From Octopus sinensis (lineage: Eukaryota), in NCBI RefSeq assembly GCF_006345805.1, contig NC_043010.1:38564001-38628000 (forward strand): a DNA stretch of 64,000 bases, in the 5' to 3' direction. The number at the start of each line of letters is the position of its first letter. The stretch's first letter is position 1. Positions 47,734 to 62,054 of the stretch are shown here, one piece after another. The notes under the pieces are model-generated. The model was not told the origin of the DNA and searched no databases. It saw nothing but the letters and a program-made list of their open reading frames with translations. Position numbers and translations under genes: made by a program.

Positions 47734-50271
47734 GCACAACAGCTTCCACAAGGACATGTGTTACATCAAAGTTCTTGGTTGGGGATGCAAATCCTCTCAT
47801 TCACGTACGACATAATGCGGCAGCAGCATAGAGTTGAAGCGTCCATCTCTTTCTTCTCTCAATGTAGAATGAGAAAATTGGATGTTGAGGTAATGTAAAT
47901 AAATAAATACATATATAGAGGTGAAGATGGAGGGGCGAGAGTTCGGGACGAGGGATAAAAATGTATAAAAAGTTAAGTATAGAATAATATAAAAAGTAGA
48001 GGATAAAGGGTGTAAGGAGATGTAAAGGGGGTATAAAGAAATATAAAGTAAAAAATAGAAATAGAAATAAAAGTAAAAAAACCTGATAAAAACATGATAA
48101 AAGTGTAAAGAATGTAAAGATAAGGATGTATAGAGGTTATGGACCAAGTATGGTGGTCAGGAGATTGATAAAATTTAGTTGTAGAATTGTCAGTACATCA
48201 ACAGTTTCGTCTGGGGACTTAATGCGTTGTAAATCAGAGCTGATGAGCATTTATCTGGTTTCTTGAATTAAATGGACTTCTAGTACATACATATCATCAT
48301 GGATATATACACCCACATACACGCGCACATATACGCCTCCAACCTATAAGCATACACACGCACTCGCGTGTAAACACGTACATAAACACACACGCACCCA
48401 CACGCACGCGCGTACACACACATACATACAACAGAATATCCGCATATATACACGGACCTTACGCGCGTACACGCTCCACATGCATATACGCGTGCCCATC
48501 ACTACATACAACACGTATATGCCCACGCCTCTAGGTCCAGGTATAAGATATTAAGGATGTGTATAAGAACGTATGTAAAGAATCCCGTACTCATGTCAAT
48601 ACGCGCACGCACTAGATCTATATTCAAATGTCTATGTCTATGCATACCTATACGTACATACACACGTACACACAAACGCACTGAAACATATCACAAACAC
48701 ACGCACATGCACAGAGGCACACACAGAGACATATAAGTATGCATTTACTTACAGACAGAGCGCAAGATAAATATGTATATATACATATATATATATGTTT
48801 GTATGTATGTATTTAGGCCTACTGACATACATGCACATATATGTGTATATATACATATTGCAATTATATGCCTCTAAGTCTCAGTGATATATATAAATAA
48901 ATGTTTTTATATATTTGTACGTAAATGTATGTGTATCTGTGCAACCTTTTTTTCATAATCTCAATATACACACCTATAGATATATCTTTAGTGATAGGAA
49001 AATTATAAAAACATTGGAACACCTGCATAAAAACTGCACATTTCCACTTCATGTATACATCATTGTTTTTAAAAATATATAATTTACATATGCATCATTT
49101 ATAAATCGTACATTTTAACATAAGCACACTTCTTATGCAGTTTATACCTGAGCTCTAAAAGGAGACTGACGCAGAAATAACGGAATCCAATAGAATATCT
49201 TCTACATTGCTGTTGTAGTTACTAGGAATAACAACCAAATATTCCTCCAGTCTAGCTATACCTCCATAAATGTAGTCTTACACTCTGGATTACACTGTGC
49301 ACTGGCAGTTATCCTGCTTTTAGTGACGAAATCACGTTGATACCCATTAAGCAGCTGATGAAGGAAATTCCTAGATTGTGTGATACTCAACTTTATAACA
49401 TAATTATGACTGCAAGCCGTTACTGTCCGAAGATTTGTCTTCTTTGGTTTTCGTTTTTGTATTTTGGAGCACTTTACTAGCATTACACAGGTTCTTGGCT
49501 AATTTCTGACACTAGTTATGCGGTTAGATATGGTTTTATTTTTATTGAAACATGTTGTAAGTAATTATAGCTAATATGGTAATATCAATGTTATAAGGCA
49601 AATATGAAATCTGAGAAAAAGAAAAATGAGTTGATGAGGGATGCAAAAGAAAAACGAGTGCTGGAACAGATGTAGTCTGGCATTAAACAACGAGAATAAC
49701 AAGAACAACGACGACGACGAGGAAAGAAGGATGTACTGGAGTTAGAGTAGACTGAACGTTAGAAAATTGTTCAGTGTAAAACAATATTAGGGAAATAGAG
49801 AAATTGGAACAGATTTCGAGGGGGAAGTGAAAGGAATTTGTATCGAGAAGGGTCGAAATCAAGCCATCGTTGTGCTTCTTCGTCGAGTTCGTTCATAAAA
49901 AAAAGAGAAAAAAATATTGATTTTTGTTAAGGTGGAAATTTTTTCAATGACTAATTTCTCCCATCGGCATAAGATAATATACATTTCTTTTTTAAATTTG
50001 AAGATAAAATTTAGCTTTTTTGTTTCTTTCTACAACAGTCAATTTGACGCCGTTTCATAGGAATATTAACAGCCCCAATCTCATTGGTCCCGGAGGGCCT
50101 GTTGCCAATTATGAACACCAGCCCATTTATAATGACCGATAAATAAATAACTACTATTCGCAAATTTATAACCTTAGGGCAGTTCTGCAATTAGTTCAGC
50201 ACTTTAAACTATCTAGTGGTATGATCCTATGGCAATAACGGTTTCCTGCACGAGACGTGCAGGCTCCATCC

Positions 50272-50638
50272 GTGGCACACCGTCGGTTACGACGACAAGG
50301 GTTCTAGTTGATCCGATCAACGGAACAGCCCGCTCGTGAAATTAACGTGCAAATAGATGAGCACGCCACAGACACGTTTACCCTTAAGATTCAGCATGAC
50401 ACAGAGTGTGACAAGGCTGGCCCTTTGAAATACAGGTACAACAGAAACAGGAGGAAAGAGTGAGAGAAAGTTGTGGTGAAAGAGTACAGCAGGGTTCGCC
50501 ACAACCCTGTGTCGGAGCATCGTGGAGCTTTAGGTGTTTTCGCTGAATAAACACTCACAACGCCCGGTATAGGAATCGAAACCGCAATCCTACGACCGCG
50601 AGTCCGCTGCCCTAACAACTGGGCAATTACGACTCCAC
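50272..50638 (-). mobile_element. tRNA-derived SINE, head B + tail Y
   Basis: Head B (cagcgaaaacacctaaagctcc) is joined to tail Y (...cgtcgtaaccgacgg). Confidence 0.8.
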
Positions 50639-51409
50639 CACAGGCCCCATTATTTAGAGAAGTTCAAGAGAGGAAATGTGATTTATGAAGAGAAGTTACT
50701 TAAAGCCATCGGAATTGAAACTGGACGTAGATTTCAATAATCAGAAAGTATTCTGAGTATTCTACGACACAACCTGGAAAAATAAAACGAATATTTAAAG
50801 AAATATAATGTTTAAATTGTCTCTTCACGAATGTATTTTGTAGAATGTATTTTGTAGAATATTTAGTGTTTGTAGCCTGGGTAAATACGTACGTACGTAC
50901 GTACGTACGTACGTATGTATGTATGTATGTATGTATGTATGTATGTATGTATGTATGTATGTATGTATGTATGTATGTATGCATGTATGTATGTATCTAT
51001 GTATGTGTGTATGTATCTAACTATGCACCTATTCGCCTAGGTATGTCTAAATGTATATATAAATATATGTACTCATATACATATATGTAAATAGATATAT
51101 ATAAATACATGCAATATATATATATGTATGTGTAAATATATATATTAATATATCATATATTGTATATATTTATCTATATGTCTATATATTTATTGATGTG
51201 TATACATATGTACGTGTATATGTATATATATATATGTATATATCTAATGTTTATATATATATATATATATATAATATATATGTAGTGATGTGTATACATA
51301 TATATGTGTGCATGTTTATACACACACATATACATATATGTATAGAGAGATTTAGATATCTATGTATGAATTGATGTATATACATACATACATTACATCC
51401 ATCCATCCA

Positions 51410-54400
51410 GAGCAAATATCAGAATTGAACAGCCGAAATTTGCTATGATGATTCGGTGTCTGACTGAAGATTGAAGGCTTCGAATGATTTGTCTGTGTTC
51501 CGTGTTCGTCCCTTCCTGTATTTCACGTTCATTATATATAAAAACATTCATTCTTATATTATTGCGGCGTTACGTGCACCCCCCCGTTTGTTTGTCCAAT
51601 TTTAAACCCTGCACGACTTCTATACACACTGTCTTTTACTACCCGCCATTGCTTCTTCACCAAACTTTTTGGCGCCCTCCGATTCTTCCCCTCTCTTCCT
51701 CCCCTCTTCCTCCCATCCTCCTTAATCCCTTCTTTCTCCTTTTCTCTTGGTCACTGATTCTGTCCCCTGCCTTCCAGCCTCTTTGATTCCCTCTCTCTCT
51801 GTCTCTCTCTTTCTCTCTCTCCTGCGACCTGCTGCTTCTTAAACCATTCTGTTGGCCTTCGTATCTCGACCAACATGTGTCCCCGCTACCGAAACGGTAA
51901 TTATTTCTACGCCAGCTATGTTGTTGTTGTGTTTTTGTCTCATTTGGTCTAAAGTCGTATGACAACCATCGTTATATATGTTTTGTTTATTCATTACTGT
52001 TTTCAATTTCGTTTTCGTCTCTTGTATTCACATCCGTCTTGTGCGTTCACATTCCTGTCTTCTACCAAGAAATCTAATGCTTACAGCTTAGTTTTTTTCT
52101 TGGGGCTGGCCGAGTTGGAGCAAATATCAGAATTGAACAGCCGAAATTTGCTATGATGATTCGGTGTCTGACTGAAGATTGAAGGCTTCGAATGATTTGT
52201 CTGTGTTCCGTGTTCGTCCCTTCCTGTATTTCACGTTCATTATATATAAAAACATTCATTCTTATATTATTGCGGCGTTACGTGCACCCCCCCGTTTGTT
52301 TGTCCAATTTTAAACCCTGCACGACTTCTATACACACTGTCTTTTACTACCCGCCATTGCTTCTTCTCACCAAACTTTTTGGCGCCCTCCGATTCTTCCC
52401 CTCTCTTCCTCCCCTCTTCCTCCCATCCTCCTTAATCCCTTCTTTCTCCTTTTCTCTGGTCACTGATTCTGTCCCCTGCCTTCCAGCCTCTTTGATTCCC
52501 TCTCTCTCTGTCTCTTTTTCTCTCTCTCCTGCGACCTGCTGCTTCTAAACCATTCTGTTGGCCTTCGTATCTCGACCAACATGTGTCCCCGCTACCGAAA
52601 CGGTAATTATTTCTACGCCAGCTATGTTGTTGTTGTGTTTTTGTCTCATTTGGTCTAAAGTCGTATGACAACCATCGTTATATATGTTTTGTTTATTCAT
52701 TACTGTTTTCAATTTCGTTTTCGTCTCTTGTATTCACATCCGTCTTGTGCGTTCACATTCCTGTCTTCTACCAAGAAATCTAATGCTTACAGCTTAGTTT
52801 TTTTCTTGGGGCTGGCCGAGTTGGAGCAAATATCAGAATTGAACAGCCGAAATTTGCTATGATGATTCGGTGTCTGACTGAAGATTGAAGGCTTCGAATG
52901 ATTTGTCTGTGTTCCGTGTTCGTCCCTTCCTGTATTTCACGTTCATTATATATAAAAACATTCATTCTTATATTATTGCGGCGTTACGTGCACCCCCCCC
53001 GTTTGTTTGTCCAATTTTAAACCCTGCACGACTTCTATACACACTGTCTTTTACTACCCGCCATTGCTTCTTCACCAAACTTTTTGGCGCCCTCCGATTC
53101 TTCCCCTCTCTTCCTCCCTCTTCCTCCCATCCTCCTTAATCCCTTCTTTCTCCTTTTCTCTTGGTCACTGATTCTGTCCCCTGCCTTCCAGCCTCTTTGA
53201 TTCCCTCTCTCTCTGTCTCTCTTTCTCTCTCTCTCTGCGACCTGCTGCTTCTTAAACCATTCTGTTGGCCTTCGTATCTCGACCAACATGTGTCCCCGCT
53301 ACCGAAACGGTAATTATTTCTACTACGCCAGCTATGTTGTTGTTGTGTTTTGTCTCATTTGGTCTAAAGTCGTATGACAACCATCGTTATATATGTTTTG
53401 TTTATTCATTACTGTTTTCAATTTCGTTTTCGTCTCTTGTATTCACATCCGTCTTGTGCGTTCACATTCCTGTCTTCTACCAAGAAATCTAATGCTTACG
53501 CTTTTTTTTTTTTCTTGGGGCTGGCCGAGTTGGAGCAAATATCAGAATTGAACAGCCGAAATTTGCTATGATGATTCGGTGTCTGACTGAAGATTGAAGG
53601 CTTCGAATGATTTGTCTGTGTTCCGTGTTCGTCCCTTCCTGTATTTCACGTTCATTATATATAAAAACATTCATTCTTATATTATTGCGGCGTTACGTGC
53701 ACCCCCCCCGTTTGTTTGTCCAATTTTAAACCCTGCACGACTTCTATACACACTGTCTTTTACTACCCGCCATTGCTTCTTCACCAAACTTTTTGGCGCC
53801 CTCCGATTCTTCCCCTCTCTTCCCCCCCTCTTCCTCCCATCCTCCTTAATCCCTTCTTTCTCCTTTTCTCTTGGTCACTGATTCTGTCCCCTGCCTTCCA
53901 GCCTCTTTGATTCCCTCTCTCTCTGTCTCTCTTTCTCTCTCTCCTGCGACCTGCTGCTTCTTAAACCATTCTGTTGGCCTTCGTATCTCGACCAACATGT
54001 GTCCCCGCTACCGAAACGGTAATTATTTCTACGCCAGCTATGTTGTTGTTGTGTTTTTGTCTCATTTGGTCTAAAGTCGTATGACAACCATCGTTATATA
54101 TGTTTTGTTTATTCATTACTGTTTTCAATTTCGTTTTCGTCTCTTGTATTCACATCCGTCTTGTGCGTTCACATTCCTGTCTTCTACCAAGAAATCTAAT
54201 GCTTACAGCTTAGTTTTTTCTTGGGGCTGGCCGAGTTGGAGCAAATATCAGAATTGAACAGCCGAAATTTGCTATGATGATTCGGTGTCTGACTGAAGAT
54301 TGAAGGCTTCGAATGATTTGTCTGTGTTCCGTGTTCGTCCCTTCCTGTATTTCACGTTCATTATATATAAAAACATTCATTCTTATATTATTGCGGCGTT

Positions 54401-57400
54401 ACGTGCACCCCCCCGTTTGTTTGTCCAATTTTAAACCCTGCACGACTTCTATACACACTGTCTTTTACTACCCGCCATTGCTTCTTCACCAAACTTTTTG
54501 GCGCCCTCCGATTCTTCCCCTCTCTTCCTCCCATCCTCCTCCCCTCCTCCTTAATCCCTTCTTTCTCCTTTTCTCTTGGTCACTGATTCTCTTTGATTCC
54601 CTCTCTCTCTGTCTCTCTTTCTCTCTCTCTCCTGCGACCTGCTGCTTCTTAAACCATTCTGTTGGCCTTCGTATCTCGACCAACATGTGTCCCCGCTACC
54701 GAAACGGTAATTATTTCTACGCCAGCTATGTTGTTGTTGTGTTTTTGTCTCATTTGGTCTAAAGTCGTATGACAACCATCGTTATATATGTTTTGTTTAT
54801 TCATTACTGTTTTCAATTTCGTTTTCGTCTCTTGTATTCACATCCGTCTTGTGCGTTCACATTCCTGTCTTCTACCAAGAAATCTAATGCTTACAGCTTA
54901 GTTTTTTTCTTGGGGCTGGCCGAGTTGGAGCAAATATCAGAATTGAACAGCCGAAATTTGCTATGATGATTCGGTGTCTGACTGAAGATTGAAGGCTTCG
55001 AATGATTTGTCTGTGTTCCGTGTTCGTCCCTTCCTGTATTTCACGTTCATTATATATAAAAACATTCATTCTTATATTATTGCGGCGTTACGTGCACCCC
55101 CCCGTTTGTTTGTCCAATTTTAAACCCTGCACGACTTCTATACACACTGTCTTTTACTACCCGCCATTGCTTCTTCACCAAACTTTTTGGCGCCCTCCGA
55201 TTCTTCCCCTCTCTTCCTCCCCTCTTCCTCCCATCCTCCTTAATCCCTTCTTTCTCCTTTTCTCTGGTCACTGATTCTGTCCCCTGCCTTCCAGCCTCTT
55301 TGATTCCCTCTCTCTCTGTCTCTCTTTCTCTCTCTCCTGCGACCTGCTGCTTCTTAAACCATTCTGTTGGCCTTCGTATCTCGACCAACATGTGTCCCCG
55401 CTACCGAAACGGTAATTATTTCTACGCCAGCTATGTTGTTGTTGTGTTTTGTCTCATTTGGTCTAAAGTCGTATGACAACCATCGTTATATATGTTTTGT
55501 TTATTCATTACTGTTTTCAATTTCGTTTTCGTCTCTTGTATTCACATCCGTCTTGTGCGTTCACATTCCTGTCTTCTACCAAGAAATCTAATGCTTACAG
55601 CTTAGTTTTTTTCTTGGGGCTGGCCGAGTTGGAGCAAATATCAGAATTGAACAGCCGAAATTTGCTATGATGATTCGGTGTCTGACTGAAGATTGAAGGC
55701 TTCGAATGATTTGTCTGTGTTCCGTGTTCGTCCCTTCCTGTATTTCACGTTCATTATATATAAAAACATTCATTCTTATATTATTGCGGCGTTACGTGCA
55801 CCCCCCCGTTTGTTTGTCCAATTTTAAACCCTGCACGACTTCTATACACACTGTCTTTTACTACCCGCCATTGCTTCTTCACCAAACTTTTTGGCGCCCT
55901 CCGATCTTCTTCCTCTTCTCTCTTCCTCCCTCTTCCTCCCATCCTCCTTAATCCCTTCTTTCTCCTTTTCTCTTGGTCACTGATTCTGTCCCCTGCCTTC
56001 CAGCCTCTTTGATTCCCTCTCTCTCTGTCTCTCTTCTCTCTCTCCTGCGACCTGCTGCTTCTTAACCATTCTGTTGGCCTTCGTATCTCGACCAACATGT
56101 GTCCCCGCTACCGAAACGGTAATTATTTCTACGCCAGCTATGTTGTTGTTGTGTTTTTGTCTCATTTGGTCTAAAGTCGTATGACAACCATCGTTATATA
56201 TGTTTTGTTTATTCATTACTGTTTTCAATTTCGTTTTCGTCTCTTGTATTCACATCCGTCTTGTGCGTTCACATTCCTGTCTTCTACCAAGAAATCTAAT
56301 GCTTACAGCTTAGTTTTTTTCTTGGGGCTGGCCGAGTTGGAGCAAATATCAGAATTGAACAGCCGAAATTTGCTATGATGATTCGGTGTCTGACTGAAGA
56401 TTGAAGGCTTCGAATGATTTGTCTGTGTTCCGTGTTCGTCCCTTCCTGTATTTCACGTTCATTATATATAAAAACATTCATTCTTATATTATTGCGGCGT
56501 TACGTGCACCCCCCCGTTTGTTTGTCCAATTTTAAACCCTGCACGACTTCTATACACACTGTCTTTTACTACCCGCCATTGCTTCTCACCACCACTTTTG
56601 GCGCCCTCCGATTCTTCCCCTCTCTTCCTCCCCTCTTCCTCCATCCTCCTTAATCCCTTCTTTCTCCTTTTCTCTTGGTCACTGATTCTGTCCCCTGCCT
56701 TCCAGCCTCTTTGATTCCCTCTCTCTCTGTCTCTCTTTTCTCTCTCTCCTGCGACCTGCTGCTTCTTAAACCATTCTGTTGGCCTTCGTATCTCGACCAA
56801 CATGTGTCCCCGCTACCGAAACGGTAATTATTTCTACGCCAGCTATGTTGTTGTTGTGTTTTTGTCTCATTTGGTCTAAAGTCGTATGACAACCATCGTT
56901 ATATATGTTTTGTTTATTCATTACTGTTTTCAATTTCGTTTTCGTCTCTTGTATTCACATCCGTCTTGTGCGTTCACATTCCTGTCTTCTACCAAGAAAT
57001 CTAATGCTTACAGCTTAGTTTTTTTTTCTTGGGGCTGGCCGAGTTGGAGCAAATATCAGAATTGAACAGCCGAAATTTGCTATGATGATTCGGTGTCTGA
57101 CTGAAGATTGAAGGCTTCGAATGATTTGTCTGTGTTCCGTGTTCGTCCCTTCCTGTATTTCACGTTCATTATATATAAAAACATTCATTCTTATATTATT
57201 GCGGCGTTACGTGCCCCCCCCGTTTGTTTGTCCAATTTTAAACCCTGCACGACTTCTATACACACTGTCTTTTACTACCCGCCATTGCTTCTTCCACCAA
57301 ACTTTTGGCGCCCTCCGATTCTTCCCCTCTCTTCCTCCCCTCTTCCTCCCATCCTCCTTAATCCCTTCTTTCTCCTTTTCTCTTGGTCACTGATTCTGTC

Positions 57401-57893
57401 CCCTGCCTTCCAGCCTCTTTGATTCCCTCTCTCTCTGTCTCTCTTTCTCTCTCCTGCGACCTGCTGCTTCTTAAACCATTCTGTTGGCCTTCGTATCTCG
57501 ACCAACATGTGTCCCCGCTACCGAAACGGTAATTATTTCTACGCCAGCTATGTTGTTGTTGTGTTTTTGTCTCATTTGGTCTAAAGTCGTATGACAACCA
57601 TCGTTATATATGTTTTGTTTATTCATTACTGTTTTCAATTTCGTTTTCGTCTCTTGTATTCACATCCGTCCTGTGCGTTCACATTCCTGTCTTCTACCAA
57701 GAAATCTAATGCTTACAGCTTAGTTTTTTTCTTGGGGCTGGCCGAGTTGGAGCAAATATCAGAATTGAACAGCCGAAATTTGCTATGATGATTCGGTGTC
57801 TGACTGAAGATTGAAGGCTTCGAATGATTTGTCTGTGTTCCGTGTTCGTCCCTTCCTGTATTTCACGTTCATTATATATAAAAACATTCATTC
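51410..57893 (+). repeat. Tandem array (satellite) of ~706-bp units: 9 full copies plus a 143-bp partial copy
   Basis: agcaaatatc at 51411, 52119, 52825, 53534, 54240, 54929, 55633, 56341, 57048 and 57751. All repeated ORFs in the track derive from this array. Confidence 0.97.
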
Positions 57894-57946
57894 ATTTATA
57901 TATATATATACATGGATATATAACACACACACACACACACACTCAC

Positions 57947-57977
<31 letters not shown>

Positions 57978-58829
57978 CACATAGATATATAGCATATAGA
58001 TATATACATACATATGTATATGTGTTTATACAGACATACGCCAAATAATAGATTCATATCGCCCCACTTAATCCTTTTTACCAACAACTAAAGAGATAAA
58101 AACACAAAACAAAACAAATAAAGACTTCGAATCAGTTTCTGATTCCAGAGAATCGAATAAATAAAATGAAAAGAAATGAGACAACATGTAAAGGAAACCT
58201 TTTTATAAAGGGACAATAGTCATATGTAAGATTATATTTTCCCCAGTATCTCTGTGTAAAACATTGAATATATTACACTATATACCTGGACACACACACA
58301 CACACACACACACACAGATACGCACATGTAGACAAATGCATGCATACATACGTACGTGCATGCACACATACATTCATATGTGCTAGTTATTATTTTTGGC
58401 AGCCACAACCTATATATATATGCTAAACAGATACGAACGTGTTACGAATGTATGTAGCTACATGATAACAGGCGATTAAAAGTAATGCTTAAAAACAGAC
58501 AATAATTTATGGTGTCTAAGCAATCATACTACAATAGTAAGATATTGATACATAGGCATACACACATACATATATACATAATTTCATATATATATATATT
58601 ATATATATATATATTATATATATATATATATATTATATATATATATACGTACTTGTATGCATTGTGAATGATTTGAAACGCCTACAAAAATCAATATCAC
58701 ATACACACACAGACACGTACATACGTTCTCCATTATGGCACTGCGAGTCAATCTGTGATGTTTACAAGTTTACATTTGTTATAAATAGTCTATAGCTATA
58801 CTTCTCTCTTGGATGTAGAACGACATACA

Positions 58830-58950
58830 CTATTGACATTATTTACATTGGACGGATATGTGTCCTCATCTTGTTTGTTGTTACCACAACACTTCGGCTG
58901 ATTTACTCTCCAGCCTTCATCAGGTGTTCTGGTAGAATTTTGAACTCAAC
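58830..58950 (-). mobile_element. pLTR-like element of the 19-kb family with a degenerate HHR
   Basis: acac CTGATGA a ggctg..cagcc GAAG TGTT gtg at 58885-58927. Confidence 0.7.
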
Positions 58951-59006
58951 CCGTGAAGCTCTGTTTGGTTATTACATGAAAATATTTCAGTTGATTGATG
59001 TCTTTA

Positions 59007-59291
59007 AAGCCTCGATCTCATATTTGTTGAAAGTTGAAGTGTTTTCACATGATGCCATAATACAGAAGACTTTATAGAAGCATTGAGCTCATCCACTTCT
59101 GTTCCTCTTGGAACAACTGGTAGTGTTTGTCGAAAGTCTCCTGACGATAATACTGTGACATTTTCCATCATGGAATTGCAATTTCTAATGTCTTATAATG
59201 TTCTGTCAACAGCTTCAAAAGCTAGAGTGGTGAGAACCTCAACAATTGCGATAAAGATATTGCAATCTTGCAAATGCAGCCGCTTGGACAG
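59007..59291 (-). pseudogene. Helitron Pif1-like helicase fragment
   Basis: LAFEAVDRTL*DIRNCNSMMENVTVLSSGDFRQTLPVVPRGTEVDELNASIKSSVLWHHVKTLQLSTNMR. GDFRQTLPV is the Helitron/Pif1 motif III. Not in the ORF track. Confidence 0.82.
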
Positions 59292-59883
59292 GTATTTTAG
59301 TTATCAACCCCGAAAAAAAAAAAAAAGAATGAAAATTGATTTCCGTGAGACTAGAACTCAAAACGCTACGACATGGGGTACTCTATCGCTCGCCCGGGGA
59401 TATCCTACTAATCTAAAAATATTTCAGCCAACTGCTACAAAAAAGTTAGAATTAATATTAAAGTGAAGGCAGAATCGTTACTGCGCCGGGTAAAATGCTT
59501 AGTGGCATTTCGTCCGTCTTTACATTGAGTTCAAATTCCACCGATAAAGTAAGTACCAGTTGAACATTGGAATTGATGTTATCAACTTATCCCATCCCTC
59601 GAAATTGCTGGCACAATACTATTTAGATTTGGGAGAAGTTCTTGCCCTGCTAAACTCTGGGCCCCTTTTATGTTGGAAAGGTAGTAATTACAGGGAAGGA
59701 AAAATAGAATTCTATGAAAAATATATCGGTAATTTTGCGGGATCTTTTCGTATTCTTTTTCGTTTAATACGATTAGGTTTATGATACGTGACATCGGGAA
59801 TAGAAAAATTGGTTGTGTGTCGTCAAGTCGAAATTAAAACAATATATACATACATATACATATATACATGTGTGTATGTATGT

Positions 59884-59918
<35 letters not shown>

Positions 59919-59985
59919 TATTATATATATATATATACATACATATATACATACTTACATATACATATATACATGTGTGCATGTA

Positions 59986-60016
<31 letters not shown>

Positions 60017-60515
60017 CTTGTATACACACACGCATACAAATACACACACACACACACATATATATATGTAACAATCACAATAACGGCAAGTATCTTTCTT
60101 AGAGAATTAAAAGACACAGTATACAATGGAAAGAAATATTGATCTTCCAGTCTTTATATCACAAATTCAATTTATTTTGAAGACAAAAAAAAATACAAAT
60201 ACAATGAAGCCATACATATATTTATGCAGTAGTAGATGTTGTAGAATACTATGAATATATATACATAATTAAATCTCTGTAAGCATGTATATATACATAT
60301 ATACATATATACATATATATCCACACACATATATGTGTGTATATATATATAAGTATATATAGAGAAAGACAGACAGACAGAGGTGTCTAAGCACGTGTAT
60401 ATGAATATATATATGTGTGTGTGTATACACACGTATATGCTTATATACACATTTGGTATTTGTATCTAATGTATCCATATATATATATGGAAAACAGACA
60501 TTAAATGATGATGAT

Positions 60516-60930
60516 GATGGTAGACGGAAACTGAAAGAACCCTGTCATGTGTGTGTATGTGGTAAGAAGTTGCTTCCCAACCACATAGTTCTGAGTTCAG
60601 TCCCACTGCATGGCACTTTGGGCAAGTGTCTTCTACTATAGCCTTGGACCAACCTAAACAGAAACTGAAAGAAGTCCATCGTACATATGTGTGTGTGCAT
60701 GTGTGTGTGGGTGTGTGTCTTTGTGTCTATGTTTGTCCTCCACCATCACTTGACAAGTGGTGTTGTTGTGTTTATGCCCCATAACTTAGTGGTTCAGCAA
60801 AAGCGACTGACAGAATAAGTACCAGGCTTAAAAAAAGTGCTGGGGTCAATTCATTCAACTAATAATTTTTCAAGGTGGTGCCCCAGCATGACCGCAGTTT
60901 CATGACTGAAACGAATAAAAGATAAAAGAA
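60516..60930 (+). mobile_element. Diverged SINE1 copy
   Basis: Head, core and tail recognisable. Confidence 0.7.
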
Positions 60931-61350
60931 AGATATATATATATATATAATATATATATATATATATTATATATATGTATATATCCAACAATGTGTGTAG
61001 ACAGGAAGCCTTAGAATACAAACACTGGGTGATATGTTGACAAGGGACAAAAGACACATATGTAGAACCTATATATTGTATTCAAAGGAAATACATTTAA
61101 TATGGATTGCGTATTTACCTGTGCGTATTTGCGTGTGCGCGTATCGTATGAGAAAGAGGAAAAGGAGTGTTTGTTATATCTCTAATATCCTATTATCTGG
61201 AACAGTCAACATACAGACACAAATACATAAACACACACGCATGTATATACATATATATATATATATAAATAGAGAGATACGTACGTATATGTATAAATAT
61301 ATATCATATATATGTATATATATACAAGCAGATAATAATACATACATACG

Positions 61351-61381
<31 letters not shown>

Positions 61382-61431
61382 TATAATATATATATTATAT
61401 ATATATATATAATATAAATATATATATTATA

Positions 61432-61470
<39 letters not shown>

Positions 61471-61920
61471 TATATAAATATATACTGACAGGAACTGTAA
61501 TCGTTTTTTTAACGACAGCATTAGAGCTTAGTCACATTTAATATAACAATTATAGTTTTCATTTTTGGTAACACATTGCGCACGTCTGTCTATCTATCTA
61601 TCTATGTATCTATCTCTATCTGTCTGTCTGTTTGTCTGTCTGTATGTATGTATATGTATACGTATATATATATATATATATATATATACGTGAAGATGTT
61701 TATGCAGAGTATATTTAAATAAGATTAAAGCACTAAACAGTCTTGCCACTATACGTAGATGCGATTATGTAAATTACGTAATGTGATTGTTTGTGTCTGA
61801 GTGTTTGTGTGTGTGTGAGAAGAAGAAGAAGAAGAAGAAGAAGAAGAAGAAGAAGAAGAAGAAGAAGAAGAGAAGAAGAAGAAGAAGAAGAAGAAGAAGT
61901 GTCTGCTTAGTATTACTACT

Positions 61921-62054
61921 GTTCTATATTTTAGAGATGAGGAATTCTGTTCATTATTTACATTGGACAAATACATGTCCTCATTTTGTTTTTTGTTACC
62001 ACAACGTTTCGGCTGATTTACTCTCCAGCCATCATCAGGTGTCCTGGTAGAATT
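61921..62054 (-). mobile_element. pLTR-like element of the 19-kb family
   Basis: Shares the aattcctcatctct..aatatagaac end with 19400-19425. Confidence 0.75.
62000..62041 (-). ncRNA. Minimal type I hammerhead with intact core
   Basis: cac CUGAUGA u ggcug-gagaguaaau-cagcc GAAA CG U U gug: palindromic stem III ACGU, GUU triplet. Confidence 0.7.

Noticed and set aside
52140-52200. C/D box snoRNA in the satellite unit (ATGATGA...CTGA)
   Set aside because: The C and D-like boxes are only 8 nt apart, with no terminal D box or closing stem at snoRNA distance.
52075-52210. U7 snRNA-like words (ttacagct, gatttgtctg) near an ERI1 locus
   Set aside because: The words are far apart, the Sm site is imperfect and there is no 3' hairpin. 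Consistent with chance.
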